Part shown: positions 18,249-27,625 of the stretch, piece after piece | How positions within the stretch are numbered: position 1 is the first letter of the stretch | Layout of the letters: every line of letters begins with the position of its first letter | Notes under the pieces: model-generated | What the model saw: only the letters and a program-made list of their open reading frames with translations | Database searches by the model: none | What the model was told of the DNA's origin: nothing | Virus record (IMG/VR): IMGVR_UViG_3300031716_000009 | Coordinates: 1 to 58,610 of that record | Strand: one strand, 5' to 3' | From: a virus | Taxonomy: Duplodnaviria > Caudoviricetes | Length of the DNA stretch: 58,610 nt | Made by a program: the position numbers and the translations under genes

Positions 18249-20887
18249 ACCCGTGGGACAACGACCCTCCTGCCGCTTCCGCGGCCCCGTGGCTCAAGGA
18301 TGCGCCAGCGCAACCTGCCGCGCCAGCGACGCAACCTGCCGCCGCGCCACCGGCCGGGGGTGGCTTCCTGGACAGCGTCGTCGGCGCCGTGCAGGCCGGC
18401 CTGCGTGTGGCCTCGGGCACTCTGGACAGCATCGGCGGCTACAGCGGCCAGGTCGCAGGCACGCTCGGCGGCATGGCCGGCGCGCTGCACACCAAGCTGA
18501 CCGGCGGCGTGCAGCCGGACGACCCGCGCGTGCTGGCCGTGACCGGCGACAACCGGCCGCGACAGTGGGCGTCTGGCGAGGCACCGCGCCCAGTCGATGC
18601 GATCAATGAGGCGGGCCAGCAGGGCGCGCAGCAGGTCGTGGGCGCGCTGAACTCGGGCTACCAGATCCCCAACACGGACACCGGCGAGCAGTACACCAAG
18701 AGCGCGATGGGCGCTCTGCAGACGCTGGCCAATGCGTACCCGACCGGACCGACGCCAGAGATGAACGCAGGCATCGCCAGCCTGCCGGCTGCGGTCACGA
18801 TGGCGCGCGCGTCCCCTGCCGGCCAGGCTGTCGAGGGCACCGTGCGTCAGGTCGCCGCCAACGCCAAGCCAATCGCGCGGTTCGTCGGCAAGGGCGTGGC
18901 CGAGGGCGCCAAGGACGCCGTGGCTGGCGGCATCGCCAAGGCGATGGGCAAGCCCGATCCCGAACTCGTCAAGACCGCGCAGCTGGCCGAGCAGTTCCCG
19001 CACGAAATGACGATCCCGCCGGACCGCCTCTACCAGCCCGGCACGGCCAAGTCCGGCGGCCAGGCGCTGAGCGAGGCGACGGGCGGTGGCGGCCACGCGC
19101 TCGAGGCCGCGAACAAGGAAGCGTTCACCAAGAACGTGATCAGCCTGATCGATCCGGACAGCACCGCGGCGCGCCTGACGCCCGAAGTGCTAGCTGACGC
19201 GATGGACAAGTCCGGCAAGACGATCGGCGACATCGCGCGCTCGACCGACCTGCCCTCGGCCGACCTGGCCAGCGCGCTGGAATCGCATGCGCGTGATGCC
19301 GCGCGCACGGGCGCCGGCGACGTGCCGCGCATCGTGCCCAACCTGATCGAGGATCTGCTGGAAAAAGCAGATGCCGATGGCAAGATCTCGGGTGACGCCT
19401 ACCAGAACTGGGACTCCAACCTGGGCACGCGGATCCGCCGCACGACCGACTCGGAGCTCGCCGGCGCGCTGTCGGATCTGCAGGAGGCCGGCCGCGACAT
19501 CCTCGAAAAGCAGGTCGCGGCCAAGGATCCGGCCCAGGTGCAGGCGCTCACCGACGCGCGCCGGCGCTACGCCTATGGCAAGCTCGTGGCGCCCGACATC
19601 GGCAAGACGATCGACGGCCTGGTGCAGCCGGGCTCGCTCATGTCGCGCGTCAATGCCACGCGCACCGGCAAGGGCTACATGGCGGCCAACGCCGGCGGTC
19701 CGATCGGCGACCTGGCCAAGGTCGGCAAGCTGCTGGACAACACCCACAAGCCTGAAGGCGTCGTGGCCTCGGGCGTGGAGAAGATGCTCACCGCGGTGCC
19801 CAAGGCCGCCGCCGGCCAGGTCTATAACCGCGCCGCGGGCCGCGTGACCGAACGACTCGTGCCCAAGAAGGCCGCGCCGCCGGCACCGGCCGCCGGTGCG
19901 CCCACCAAGCCGCTCATGCTGACCTACGAGCCCAAGATCAGTCCGGAGCCGGTCCCCGTGACCCCGGAAGGGCAGGCTCTGGTCGGTGATCAGCCGCAGG
20001 CTCGCGAAGACCTGGGCACGTCGCAGCGGGCCGCAGGCGGCACCGGCGCGCCACCGCGCGCCACGACGTTCGCCGACTACGACCTGTCGACGCCGGAGTT
20101 CCAGCCGCCGCAGACGACCGTGCCGGCCGCTCCGCCCGTGTCCGACCTGCGCGCATTGCCGCAAGAAGACTTCCCGGCCGCGCCCTCGCGCGGCGAGCGC
20201 GAGGTGCCTGAGCTGAGCTTCCCGCACGAGATCACCGAGCCCGACACGGCGCCGGTGATGGTCTCGGGCCGCCCGGGCGAGACCGCGGCCACCGAGGCCG
20301 GCAACGCCGCGATGAACGAGCCGGGCGCCGTCGCCGCGCGCGCCGCGCAGACCAAGGCAACCGAGGATGCGGCCGCGGCCGACAAGGCGGCCGCGGCCGA
20401 AAAGAAGGCCCAGGCCGCCAAGGATGCGCTCCCGCAAATCCAATACGAGGACGCGGTGGAGTGGCGCAAGGCGCACGGCATCGGCAACGACTCCGAAGCC
20501 CATCGCGCGATCCTCACGCGCCAGGCCCACGACATCGATCCCGAGACGATCGAAGCCGCTGCGGTGCAGCACAACCACAACCCGCGCGCTTTCGACAAGG
20601 TTGTCGACCGCGTGCTCGCCAAGGGGAAGCAACATGCGAATGAAGTCCAGCCTGCTGCTCAAGGCAGCCAAAGCGCTGCGGCCAAACCCGCTGAGCCCGG
20701 CGGGGCAACTGGCGCCGCTGACAAGCCAGCCGGGTCCGACGGCGCTGCAGCGCCCGGAGCCGACGGTCACCAAGCTGCTGCCGACGGACAGACCGCCCAA
20801 GACCCCGTAGCCGAAGCGGCGCGCAAGGCCGAATTCGAGAAGCAGCATCCGCGCGCGGACGACGGCAAGTTCGTCGAAAAGAAATGA
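18245..20887 (+). CDS. Large DNA ejection protein
   Basis: 880 aa; MNPWDND start; C-terminal HPRADDGKF motif. Confidence 0.65.
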   Translation: MNPWDNDPPAASAAPWLKDAPAQPAAPATQPAAAPPAGGGFLDSVVGAVQAGLRVASGTLDSIGGYSGQVAGTLGGMAGALHTKLTGGVQPDDPRVLAVTGDNRPRQWASGEAPRPVDAINEAGQQGAQQVVGALNSGYQIPNTDTGEQYTKSAMGALQTLANAYPTGPTPEMNAGIASLPAAVTMARASPAGQAVEGTVRQVAANAKPIARFVGKGVAEGAKDAVAGGIAKAMGKPDPELVKTAQLAEQFPHEMTIPPDRLYQPGTAKSGGQALSEATGGGGHALEAANKEAFTKNVISLIDPDSTAARLTPEVLADAMDKSGKTIGDIARSTDLPSADLASALESHARDAARTGAGDVPRIVPNLIEDLLEKADADGKISGDAYQNWDSNLGTRIRRTTDSELAGALSDLQEAGRDILEKQVAAKDPAQVQALTDARRRYAYGKLVAPDIGKTIDGLVQPGSLMSRVNATRTGKGYMAANAGGPIGDLAKVGKLLDNTHKPEGVVASGVEKMLTAVPKAAAGQVYNRAAGRVTERLVPKKAAPPAPAAGAPTKPLMLTYEPKISPEPVPVTPEGQALVGDQPQAREDLGTSQRAAGGTGAPPRATTFADYDLSTPEFQPPQTTVPAAPPVSDLRALPQEDFPAAPSRGEREVPELSFPHEITEPDTAPVMVSGRPGETAATEAGNAAMNEPGAVAARAAQTKATEDAAAADKAAAAEKKAQAAKDALPQIQYEDAVEWRKAHGIGNDSEAHRAILTRQAHDIDPETIEAAAVQHNHNPRAFDKVVDRVLAKGKQHANEVQPAAQGSQSAAAKPAEPGGATGAADKPAGSDGAAAPGADGHQAAADGQTAQDPVAEAARKAEFEKQHPRADDGKFVEKK

Positions 20888-21264
20888 CGCAGACTCCGCG
20901 CCTAGCGGCTCTGCTGCTTCTGACGATCTGCGTCACGCACTACGGCTACGACCCGTTGTGCGCGCTGATCCCGTCGCTTGCCGGCCAAGCCAAGGGCGTC
21001 TTCTACGTACTGCGCGGGTTCGAGGGCGCGATTCTGTTTGCCGTGATCTGGCGGCTGCAACCTATACTCTGGCCTGTATGCGCATGGGGCGCCACAGAGG
21101 AAACCGAAACGGCAGTCTGTCGTCTCTCGGCCGGGTTTCCCGCCTCCCCAACCGGCTCGCCGTGGAACGGCCTGTGCAGCGATGTCACGCACTGGCCGCT
21201 TTCGATGCTTGGGATCGTCGTCGCAGCGATCCTGGTGACTCGAGTCAAGGGAGACCTGAAATGA
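20884..21264 (+). CDS. Membrane protein at the start of the lysis cassette
   Basis: 126 aa with several hydrophobic segments; ATGA overlaps. Confidence 0.6.
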   Translation: MTQTPRLAALLLLTICVTHYGYDPLCALIPSLAGQAKGVFYVLRGFEGAILFAVIWRLQPILWPVCAWGATEETETAVCRLSAGFPASPTGSPWNGLCSDVTHWPLSMLGIVVAAILVTRVKGDLK

Positions 21265-21584
21265 GCAGTCCCGATCCGGACCTGATCGCCGGCAACACCT
21301 ACCTCGCGGCGCTAGCCGGCGCGATCCTCGGCCTGAAGGCCATCCCCGGCACGAGCGTCAAGGAGCGCTGGGGCAACCTGTTGATGGGCGCGCTGCTTGC
21401 CATCTACATCGGCCCGGCCATGGTCGACTACCTGCACATCACCTCGGTGCGTGTTGCAGCTGGTATCACCTTCGCGCTCGGCGCGGCGGGCCTGGTGGCG
21501 TTCGCCGCTATCATCGACGGCATCCGCCAGACCCAGTTCGGCGCCATCATTTCGAGCTGGTTGTCGCGCAACAAAGGGGCCTGA
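21261..21584 (+). CDS. Holin (3 TM)
   Basis: 107 aa, three hydrophobic helices, basic C-terminus, upstream of endolysin. Confidence 0.7.
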   Translation: MSSPDPDLIAGNTYLAALAGAILGLKAIPGTSVKERWGNLLMGALLAIYIGPAMVDYLHITSVRVAAGITFALGAAGLVAFAAIIDGIRQTQFGAIISSWLSRNKGA

Positions 21585-21587
21585 AAG

Positions 21588-21899
21588 ATGATCTCCATCG
21601 CCATCGCCGTTCTGGCAGGCCTGTGCCTCTGGACCATCCTCTCCCCGCAGATCCACACCGGTGTGCTGCCTACCACAGGCTTGTTCCTGGTGCTGTGCGC
21701 CTGCGGCGCCTCGCTCGATGACTCGGCCTACATCTACCGCGCCTTCGTGGTCATGGTGTACGGTTGCCTACTGATCGGTATCGGCGTATTGTGGCGGCAG
21801 TTCGGCGCGCCCTGGTTTGCCCGGTTCCAGTTCGCGAAGGTGCTCGAAGCCGAGAGCCGGGCCTGGCAGAAACGTCAGGAACGCCGCCATGGCCCGTGA
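21588..21899 (+). CDS. Second holin-like / antiholin membrane protein
   Basis: 103 aa, about three TM segments, basic tail. Confidence 0.55.
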   Translation: MISIAIAVLAGLCLWTILSPQIHTGVLPTTGLFLVLCACGASLDDSAYIYRAFVVMVYGCLLIGIGVLWRQFGAPWFARFQFAKVLEAESRAWQKRQERRHGP

Positions 21900-22329
21900 T
21901 CTGCGCTCGATGCTCCAACGCGAGGAAAGTTGCGTCCTAACGGCGTATCCGGATCCCGTCTCGCACGGCGATCCCTGGACCATCGGCTGGGGTCACACCG
22001 GCCCTGATGTGCACCCCGGTCTCGTTTGGACGCAGGAGCAGGCCGACAGCCAGCTCGATACCGACATCGCGCACGCGATGAGCTTCTGCGCAACGCACTT
22101 TCCCTGGTCGGAGCAGTTGAAGGCCGACGCGCCACGCTACGCCGTCCTGGCGGGCATGGCCTTCCAGATGGGTGCACGACTGCTCCCGTTCGTCAACACG
22201 CTCGCCGCGATGCGCGACGGACGCTGGAACGACGCCGCCGGCGGCATGCTGGCGAGTCTCTGGGCCAAGCAAACTCCCGGTCGGGCCAGGCGCATGGCGC
22301 GCCAGATCGAGACCGGACAGTGGCAGTGA
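21889..22329 (+). CDS. Endolysin, T4-type lysozyme (GH24)
   Basis: REES....AYPD......WTIGWGH (E/D/T triad), MAFQMG, SLWAKQTPGRA. Confidence 0.9.
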   Translation: MARDLRSMLQREESCVLTAYPDPVSHGDPWTIGWGHTGPDVHPGLVWTQEQADSQLDTDIAHAMSFCATHFPWSEQLKADAPRYAVLAGMAFQMGARLLPFVNTLAAMRDGRWNDAAGGMLASLWAKQTPGRARRMARQIETGQWQ

Positions 22330-22346
22330 ACCTGAAAGGTACCTGA

Positions 22347-22661
22347 ATGGACTCGACCAACGTCATCCTGCTCCTGATCGCCGTGGCGGTCGTCGTCGCC
22401 CTTGTGGTGCATTTTGTCCACGTGAAGTGGCCGGCGGCCACCGTCAAGTCGGTTGTGGGCGTTGTCCGTGACGAGGCCATCGACCTCGAGGCAGCCGCCG
22501 AAGCCGATGCCGTCAACGCGCTCACACGCGTCGTGGCGTGGGCCACCGACAAGTCGGGCGAGCAGGCCAAGATCGCGCAGGCCACGGCCGCCATGGCACG
22601 CAAGGATGCGATGCGCGCACACGCCGCGGCGATGCTCTCGGGCACCGACACGAAGTCGTGA
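22347..22661 (+). CDS. Single-TM membrane protein in the lysis cassette
   Basis: N-terminal hydrophobic helix; SD GAAAGG. Confidence 0.65.
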   Translation: MDSTNVILLLIAVAVVVALVVHFVHVKWPAATVKSVVGVVRDEAIDLEAAAEADAVNALTRVVAWATDKSGEQAKIAQATAAMARKDAMRAHAAAMLSGTDTKS

Positions 22662-23155
22662 TCACCGGCCTGGAGCTCCGGCTCATCGGCATCGCTGCGC
22701 TGGTGCTGACGCTGCTGGGCGGCTACGCTTGGTGGCACCACCACGTGACCCAGCAGGCGCGCGAAGCCGCGCAAGCCGAGCAGCACGAGGCCGACGCGCG
22801 TCAGGCGGCCGCCAACCAGGCTGCGCGCGACGCGCAAGCCCAGACCCAACGGGAGGCCGCCGATGAAGCGACTCGAATCGACACCGCACGCGCCGCTGGT
22901 GCTCGTGCTCTTGACGTTGGCGTGCAGCGCCTGCACGACGCTGCCCGCACCGTCCGTCCAGCCGCTGCAGGCAGCGCCACCGCTGCCTGCGCGAGCACGC
23001 CCGCAAGCGTGCCCGGTTCCGCCTGTGTGTCAACCGACCTGTACCTCCGGGCTGTTGACGTGGCTCGGGATCTCGCCGAATATGCCGACTGCCTCCGCAC
23101 CGGAGGCCAACTCTGCGTCACCGACTACGACGCCCTGACGAAAGGATCTCCATGA
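22658..23155 (+). CDS. i-spanin (Rz-like)
   Basis: N-terminal TM, coiled coil, LAEYAD..R..G..C...YDAL; GTGA overlap. Confidence 0.8.
   Translation: MITGLELRLIGIAALVLTLLGGYAWWHHHVTQQAREAAQAEQHEADARQAAANQAARDAQAQTQREAADEATRIDTARAAGARALDVGVQRLHDAARTVRPAAAGSATAACASTPASVPGSACVSTDLYLRAVDVARDLAEYADCLRTGGQLCVTDYDALTKGSP
22863..23138 (+). CDS. o-spanin (Rz1-like lipoprotein) embedded in the i-spanin gene
   Basis: Alternative frame; signal peptide ending LACSA-C, Pro/Cys-rich mature part. Confidence 0.75.
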   Translation: MKRLESTPHAPLVLVLLTLACSACTTLPAPSVQPLQAAPPLPARARPQACPVPPVCQPTCTSGLLTWLGISPNMPTASAPEANSASPTTTP

Positions 23156-23592
23156 CCGACGACACCCAGGACAGCTCGGCCCACGCGCCGGTCGAAGCCG
23201 ATCCGCGCGACGCCACGATCACGAACCTGGAAGGCACGGTCGCCGCCCTGCAGGCGCACGTGGCCAACCACGAGAGCGCGATCGCAACCCTGCACCTGCA
23301 GGCCAAGACCGACGCCCAGACGATCGCGAACCTGCGCGACCAGACCACCAGCGATGGCGCCCAGATCACCGAGCTGCAAGCCCAGCTGACCGCCACGGGC
23401 CAGGTCGTCGCGGACCAGAAGGCCCGGATCCACGCGCTCGAGACCGCGCACGCCGGTGCCGCCTCCAAGCACGACCGGTTGCGCCAGCTCGCGCGCAACG
23501 CCGGCGCACCGCGTGCGGACATCGAGGCCGTCACGGGCGAGCCCGAACCCGAGCCGGTGGTCGCCGGCGGTGGTGGCCCCGGCGAGGAATGA
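23152..23592 (+). CDS. Coiled-coil hypothetical protein
   Basis: 146 aa with heptad pattern; ATGA overlap. Confidence 0.65.
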   Translation: MTDDTQDSSAHAPVEADPRDATITNLEGTVAALQAHVANHESAIATLHLQAKTDAQTIANLRDQTTSDGAQITELQAQLTATGQVVADQKARIHALETAHAGAASKHDRLRQLARNAGAPRADIEAVTGEPEPEPVVAGGGGPGEE

Positions 23593-23608
23593 CGGCGCCG
23601 CGCCCATG

Positions 23609-23641
23609 AAAAACGCCACCTGAGGGTGGCGTTTTCTTTTG
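23609..23641. terminator. Bidirectional intrinsic terminator between convergent operons
   Basis: AAAACGCCACC-TGAG-GGTGGCGTTTT followed by CTTTT. Confidence 0.85.
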
Positions 23642-23654
23642 TGGGCTCGGGGCC

Positions 23655-23783
23655 TTACTTCTTGCCCTTGACCTTGGGCGGCACGGCCTTGGCCACGGGC
23701 ATCTTCGGACCGCCCTTCTTGGCGCCGGCGCCCGGAGGCATCGCCTTGCCGGTGGCGGCTTGGGTCGGGAGTGCTTTCTTCAT
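23655..23783 (-). CDS. 42-aa Lys/Pro/Ala-rich basic peptide (not in ORF track)
   Basis: MKKALPTQAATGKAMPPGAGAKKGGPKMPVAKAVPPKVKGKK; ATGA overlap with the upstream gene. Confidence 0.65.
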   Translation of the reverse strand: MKKALPTQAATGKAMPPGAGAKKGGPKMPVAKAVPPKVKGKK

Positions 23784-23998
23784 CGCTTGCCTTTCGACTT
23801 GCCCAGGATCTTGTTCGCCTTCGCGTCGATCTTGGACTCGGTGGACGGGCTCATGCGGCCCGCGTTGACCGCCTGCGAAGCACGGGCCTTCGCATTGGCG
23901 GCGTGACTCTTATCCGGCATCGGGTACGCCCGCTTGCCGGGCTCCCCGAAGCTGGACTTGGGCAGCGCCTTGCGCGCTTTGGTGGTGAGCTTGGCCAT
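23780..23998 (-). CDS. Small basic phage protein (DUF6582-like)
   Basis: L...RKALPKSSF..P..RAYP.PDKSHAANA.ARA. Confidence 0.75.
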   Translation of the reverse strand: MAKLTTKARKALPKSSFGEPGKRAYPMPDKSHAANAKARASQAVNAGRMSPSTESKIDAKANKILGKSKGKR

Positions 23999-24001
23999 GG
24001 A

Positions 24002-24421
24002 TCAGCCTCCGAGCGACGGTTTCACAACCTGCGCACTGTACTGCTCCATCAGCTCCTGGGCAATCCACTGGATCGAGTAGGCCTCGAACTCTGAACTTGG
24101 GTTGACCTCGCCGATGCGATCGCAGGTGCGCTGGAAGATGTGCACGGCCTCGTGCACCAGGAGTCCCGCGACCTGGATCGCGGTGCGGCCTTGTGCCTTC
24201 GCAGGATTCAGCGACACGATCGCGAACAGGTCACCGTCGGCGTCAGCCAGAAAAGTGGTCGTCGCGTGGCTGTCCGCGTGCTGCAGCCAAGTGCCCGCCT
24301 CCATGCGCGAGATCTTCGAATTCGCGCACTCTTCGTAGTAGGCCTCCTCGCTGATCACGAGGGCGTAATAGATCGGCGTGACGAAGAGATTGCGGCTACA
24401 CCAGCGCGTGTAGTCGCTCAC
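24002..24421 (-). CDS. HExxH metallopeptidase-like protein
   Basis: LLVHEAVH...EFEAY; GTGA overlap. Confidence 0.6.
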   Translation of the reverse strand: MSDYTRWCSRNLFVTPIYYALVISEEAYYEECANSKISRMEAGTWLQHADSHATTTFLADADGDLFAIVSLNPAKAQGRTAIQVAGLLVHEAVHIFQRTCDRIGEVNPSSEFEAYSIQWIAQELMEQYSAQVVKPSLGG

Positions 24422-25095
24422 TTCGCCGCCTCCAGCCAGATCTCGTCGTGCTCGGCGCCGATCCAGCCTGGCGTGAACGGGCCGCCGAGGGTGAAGTGCG
24501 CAATGCCGGTGGGCTGCGGCCGCGCCTGCTCGCCCACGAGCCAGTTCCAGCCACGCCACAGGTCACCGATCTCCTCGTCGGCCAGCCAGTAGAACTGGTG
24601 CAGGTCGCGTCCCGGTCGCTCGTTGACGTCACGCAGCGACAGGCGGCGGTTGGCCGGATGGTCGCAGTTGAACAGCATCACGCTCGACCAGTTTTTGCGG
24701 CCGTAGACGGTCTGGGCCTGACTGTCCATCTTCATGAGGGTCTTGGGCACGTAGCCGTGCTTGACGACGTTCACCGCGTTGCGCAAGTTGACGATGTCGA
24801 TCATGTGCCGCGGGTCGTCGAGAAACACCACGTCGGCGTCGACGAACAGCGTGAGGCCCGTGCCGATGATCGGCGTCAGGAAGCGCGAGTTCGAGAACTC
24901 GGTGGCGCACGGCGCCTGGCTCGTGAAGTCGTAGCGCTGGCCGCCGCGCACATCCTCGGCGCGCCAGAACAGGCCCTGGTCGCGCAGCCGCTGCGTGTCC
25001 AGCACCTCGCCCTCGATCCCGAACTTGCGCAGCGATGCCAGCGCCACGCGCGTGGCCTCGGGCTCGCGGCTGTCGTGGCCGATGATGACTCTCAT
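24418..25095 (-). CDS. GT-A fold glycosyltransferase (GT8-like)
   Basis: IIGHDSRE, TEFSNSRFL, LFVDAD (DxD), RKNWSSVMLFNC, WNWLVG, HFTLGGP. Confidence 0.85.
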   Translation of the reverse strand: MRVIIGHDSREPEATRVALASLRKFGIEGEVLDTQRLRDQGLFWRAEDVRGGQRYDFTSQAPCATEFSNSRFLTPIIGTGLTLFVDADVVFLDDPRHMIDIVNLRNAVNVVKHGYVPKTLMKMDSQAQTVYGRKNWSSVMLFNCDHPANRRLSLRDVNERPGRDLHQFYWLADEEIGDLWRGWNWLVGEQARPQPTGIAHFTLGGPFTPGWIGAEHDEIWLEAAK

Positions 25096-25295
25096 GCCAG
25101 TGCCTTTCGAAATCGCGCGAACCAGATTTCCTCGGGCTTCGGAGGCGGCTCGTGCGCGCGACGCCATGCGTCTTGGAGCTCTGAGCCGCCTTGCAAGGTA
25201 GGCGGATAGACCGTGCCCCGCTCTTCCGCCCAGCGCACGGCGATTAGCCACTCCTCGCGTGTCCACCCCAGCAACGCGTACTCACCGAAATTCAT
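25092..25295 (-). CDS. Hypothetical protein (67 aa)
   Basis: ATGA overlaps on both sides. Confidence 0.55.
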   Translation of the reverse strand: MNFGEYALLGWTREEWLIAVRWAEERGTVYPPTLQGGSELQDAWRRAHEPPPKPEEIWFARFRKALA

Positions 25296-26074
25296 CGCTT
25301 CACGCCTTTCCAGTAGTCCTCGCTGCGCGGCGCCTTGAGGTCGCTCGCGCGCGAGATGCCCTTGGTCTTGCGGTCGCCCTTCATGTGGTCCATGACGGCG
25401 CCCAACGGGCTGTTGATGAACGGATGGCTGGTCAGGTAGCCCACCGGCCCGCTGATCGACTTGCGGCCCAGGTGCATCTTCTTGATGAGCGTCTCGAGCA
25501 CGTAGCTGTCGTGCCACTCGGGCAGGTGGAACAGCAGGTCGCTCGTGTACAGCGCCTTCCACTCGCGGATCAGCGCCATGGTCTCGGGGTTGCGCAGGTT
25601 CAGGATGTAGAAGCCGCACTCGGGATACTTGAATTGCCGATCGAGCCACGAGATGACGTGCGCGGCGCCGGGCGCGAGCTCGCGCAGGAACTCGATCGTG
25701 ACCTGCGAGTGCGTGACCGTGTCGGCGTCGATCCAGATCAGCAGGTCGCGCTCGCTGCGCTCGGCCGCGTCGATCACGGCGGCCGTCTTGTGGGCGAAGC
25801 GCACGGCGTCGAACCGGAAGTTGTAGGCCGTGTTGGCCATCTTGCCGTGAGCCTTGCCGTTCTTGCGGTGGCGCTCCTTGAAGTCGAACAGCCACTGCGG
25901 CAACCTGCACGGGGCATCGATGCTCGCCAGCACGGGTGTGAAGTCCCCTTCGGTGTAGAGCGTCAGGGGCACCTCGGCGGGCCAGTAGTGCCGGAAAGCA
26001 CGCGTCATGCGCGCGCCGTAGGCGTTCCAGCCGTCGACGCTGCACGTCGTGATCGCCTCGAACTGGCGGGCCAT
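25292..26074 (-). CDS. GT-A fold glycosyltransferase
   Basis: DAVRFAHK, IWIDAD (DxD), ECGF, EWHDSY, MDHMKG. Confidence 0.8.
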   Translation of the reverse strand: MARQFEAITTCSVDGWNAYGARMTRAFRHYWPAEVPLTLYTEGDFTPVLASIDAPCRLPQWLFDFKERHRKNGKAHGKMANTAYNFRFDAVRFAHKTAAVIDAAERSERDLLIWIDADTVTHSQVTIEFLRELAPGAAHVISWLDRQFKYPECGFYILNLRNPETMALIREWKALYTSDLLFHLPEWHDSYVLETLIKKMHLGRKSISGPVGYLTSHPFINSPLGAVMDHMKGDRKTKGISRASDLKAPRSEDYWKGVKR

Positions 26075-26559
26075 CAGAACGCCCCCGGCGCGACTTGGAA
26101 GCACGGTACACCAGCTGCGCGCCACATCTGCACGACGCGATCACGATCCTCGAACACCGCGGTAAGTCGCTTGTACTCTGGCGGTTCGATTTGCGCGAGC
26201 CATTCGGACTTGAGTTCGTGGTCGGGCCGGTGGTCACCCGCTTTGCGCATCATGAAGCGCTCGGGCGCCGCGAACGGCCACCGCGGTAGCGTACCGACGG
26301 ATCGACCGAAGCAGTGGTTCTTGCACAGCCACTCGATGGTTTGTGCGCGTACTTCGTCGCTACGGCCTGTCCAGATCCAAGTTTCCGCGCCAGCGGTACG
26401 CAACGCGTTCAGCGTCGCGATCGTGGCTTCGATCGGCTTGTCGTCTTTGCAGGCCGCGAAGAACGCAGGCCAGTCCTTGACCGCGCCCATGATGTGGTGC
26501 TTGCGGTGCTCGATGTCGGCGAGCGTGCCATCCAGGTCGAAAATGTAAAGCGGCTTCAC
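26074..26559 (-). CDS. HAD phosphatase (PNKP 3'-phosphatase-like)
   Basis: IFDLDGTLAD, WTGR, MR..GDHRPD..LK, FEDR..VV.MWR..G.PCFQV. Confidence 0.85.
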   Translation of the reverse strand: MKPLYIFDLDGTLADIEHRKHHIMGAVKDWPAFFAACKDDKPIEATIATLNALRTAGAETWIWTGRSDEVRAQTIEWLCKNHCFGRSVGTLPRWPFAAPERFMMRKAGDHRPDHELKSEWLAQIEPPEYKRLTAVFEDRDRVVQMWRAAGVPCFQVAPGAF

Positions 26560-27062
26560 GGCGTCTCCATCAGGTAGAAGGGCTTGCCGTCAGCGTGCTC
26601 CCTGAACGTGTCCTCCCACCACTGTAGCGGCTTCTGGGTCACGTGCAGGTTGGTGCCGTCGGGGAACGTCTTGCCGGCCGGGCGCGAGCACACCGAGGCC
26701 CAGACGAACTTGCGCGCGTGCCGGAACAGCGTGCGCACGGTCTCGTCGACCTCGTCCTCGGGCACGTGTTCCAGGACGTCCGAGCACAGCACGCCGTCGT
26801 AGCGCTCGGTGATCGTGTGGCGCCAGTGCGGGAACGCCGGGTCGTACAGCCGGATCTTGAGCTTGGAGATGCCCCAGGCTTTCCAGACCTCGTGTGGCGC
26901 GTGGTAGGCGTCGCCGGCACCGCAGCCGTAGTCCAGCAGCGAACGCGCGTCGTGCTCGCGGATGATCTCGGCGATCTGCGACTTGTGCTGCAGGATCGAC
27001 AGGCCGCGGAAGTACAGGCCGCCCTTGGCCATGTCGCGGTAGAGAGGGACGAGCTTGTTCAC
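26556..27062 (-). CDS. Class I SAM-dependent methyltransferase
   Basis: LLDYGCGAG, YDPA, CSDVLEHVP; GTGA overlap. Confidence 0.85.
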   Translation of the reverse strand: MNKLVPLYRDMAKGGLYFRGLSILQHKSQIAEIIREHDARSLLDYGCGAGDAYHAPHEVWKAWGISKLKIRLYDPAFPHWRHTITERYDGVLCSDVLEHVPEDEVDETVRTLFRHARKFVWASVCSRPAGKTFPDGTNLHVTQKPLQWWEDTFREHADGKPFYLMETP

Positions 27063-27625
27063 TTGCGCCTCCGGTAGTAGCCGACCCACTCACCGAACGG
27101 GCCGTCGTTGGTGGCCAGCTCCAGGTCGAACCCGGCCTTGAGCATCACGTCGCCGATGTGGTGCGGCTCGCTCCCCGAGCGCTCGTCGATGATCGTGGGC
27201 GCGTGCTCGGGCGGCAGGCGGATCACGACGAGGTCGGTGGCGGAGGCCACGATGCGTGCGCACGCGGCCGTCGGATTCTTGAGCTTGTGCAGCACCGCCA
27301 GCAGCAGGACGATGTCGTAGTCCTGGGTCGGCGTGTAGACGTTGGCATCGCCGAGCACGAAACGCACGTGGCGATCGTAGATGAAATTCGAGTTGTCTTG
27401 CCACCGCGAAGCGGCGTCCTTGACGGCCTGTTCACGGATCTCGACACCGCGCACGAATGCCGCACCCGACTTGGCGCACTCGATCGAGAGCAGCCCCTCG
27501 GCACAGCCGACGTCGAGCACGGTCTTGCCCTCGACCTGGGCGAACAGCCGGTCCAGGCCCATCATCTGCTGCGCAAGGGTCCGGTCGTGGCCGAACCAGG
27601 GCGTCAGCGGTTTACCTGCTGCCAT
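27059..27625 (-). CDS. Class I SAM-dependent methyltransferase
   Basis: VLDVGCAEG, GVE, YDIVLLLAVLH. Confidence 0.85.
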   Translation of the reverse strand: MAAGKPLTPWFGHDRTLAQQMMGLDRLFAQVEGKTVLDVGCAEGLLSIECAKSGAAFVRGVEIREQAVKDAASRWQDNSNFIYDRHVRFVLGDANVYTPTQDYDIVLLLAVLHKLKNPTAACARIVASATDLVVIRLPPEHAPTIIDERSGSEPHHIGDVMLKAGFDLELATNDGPFGEWVGYYRRRK

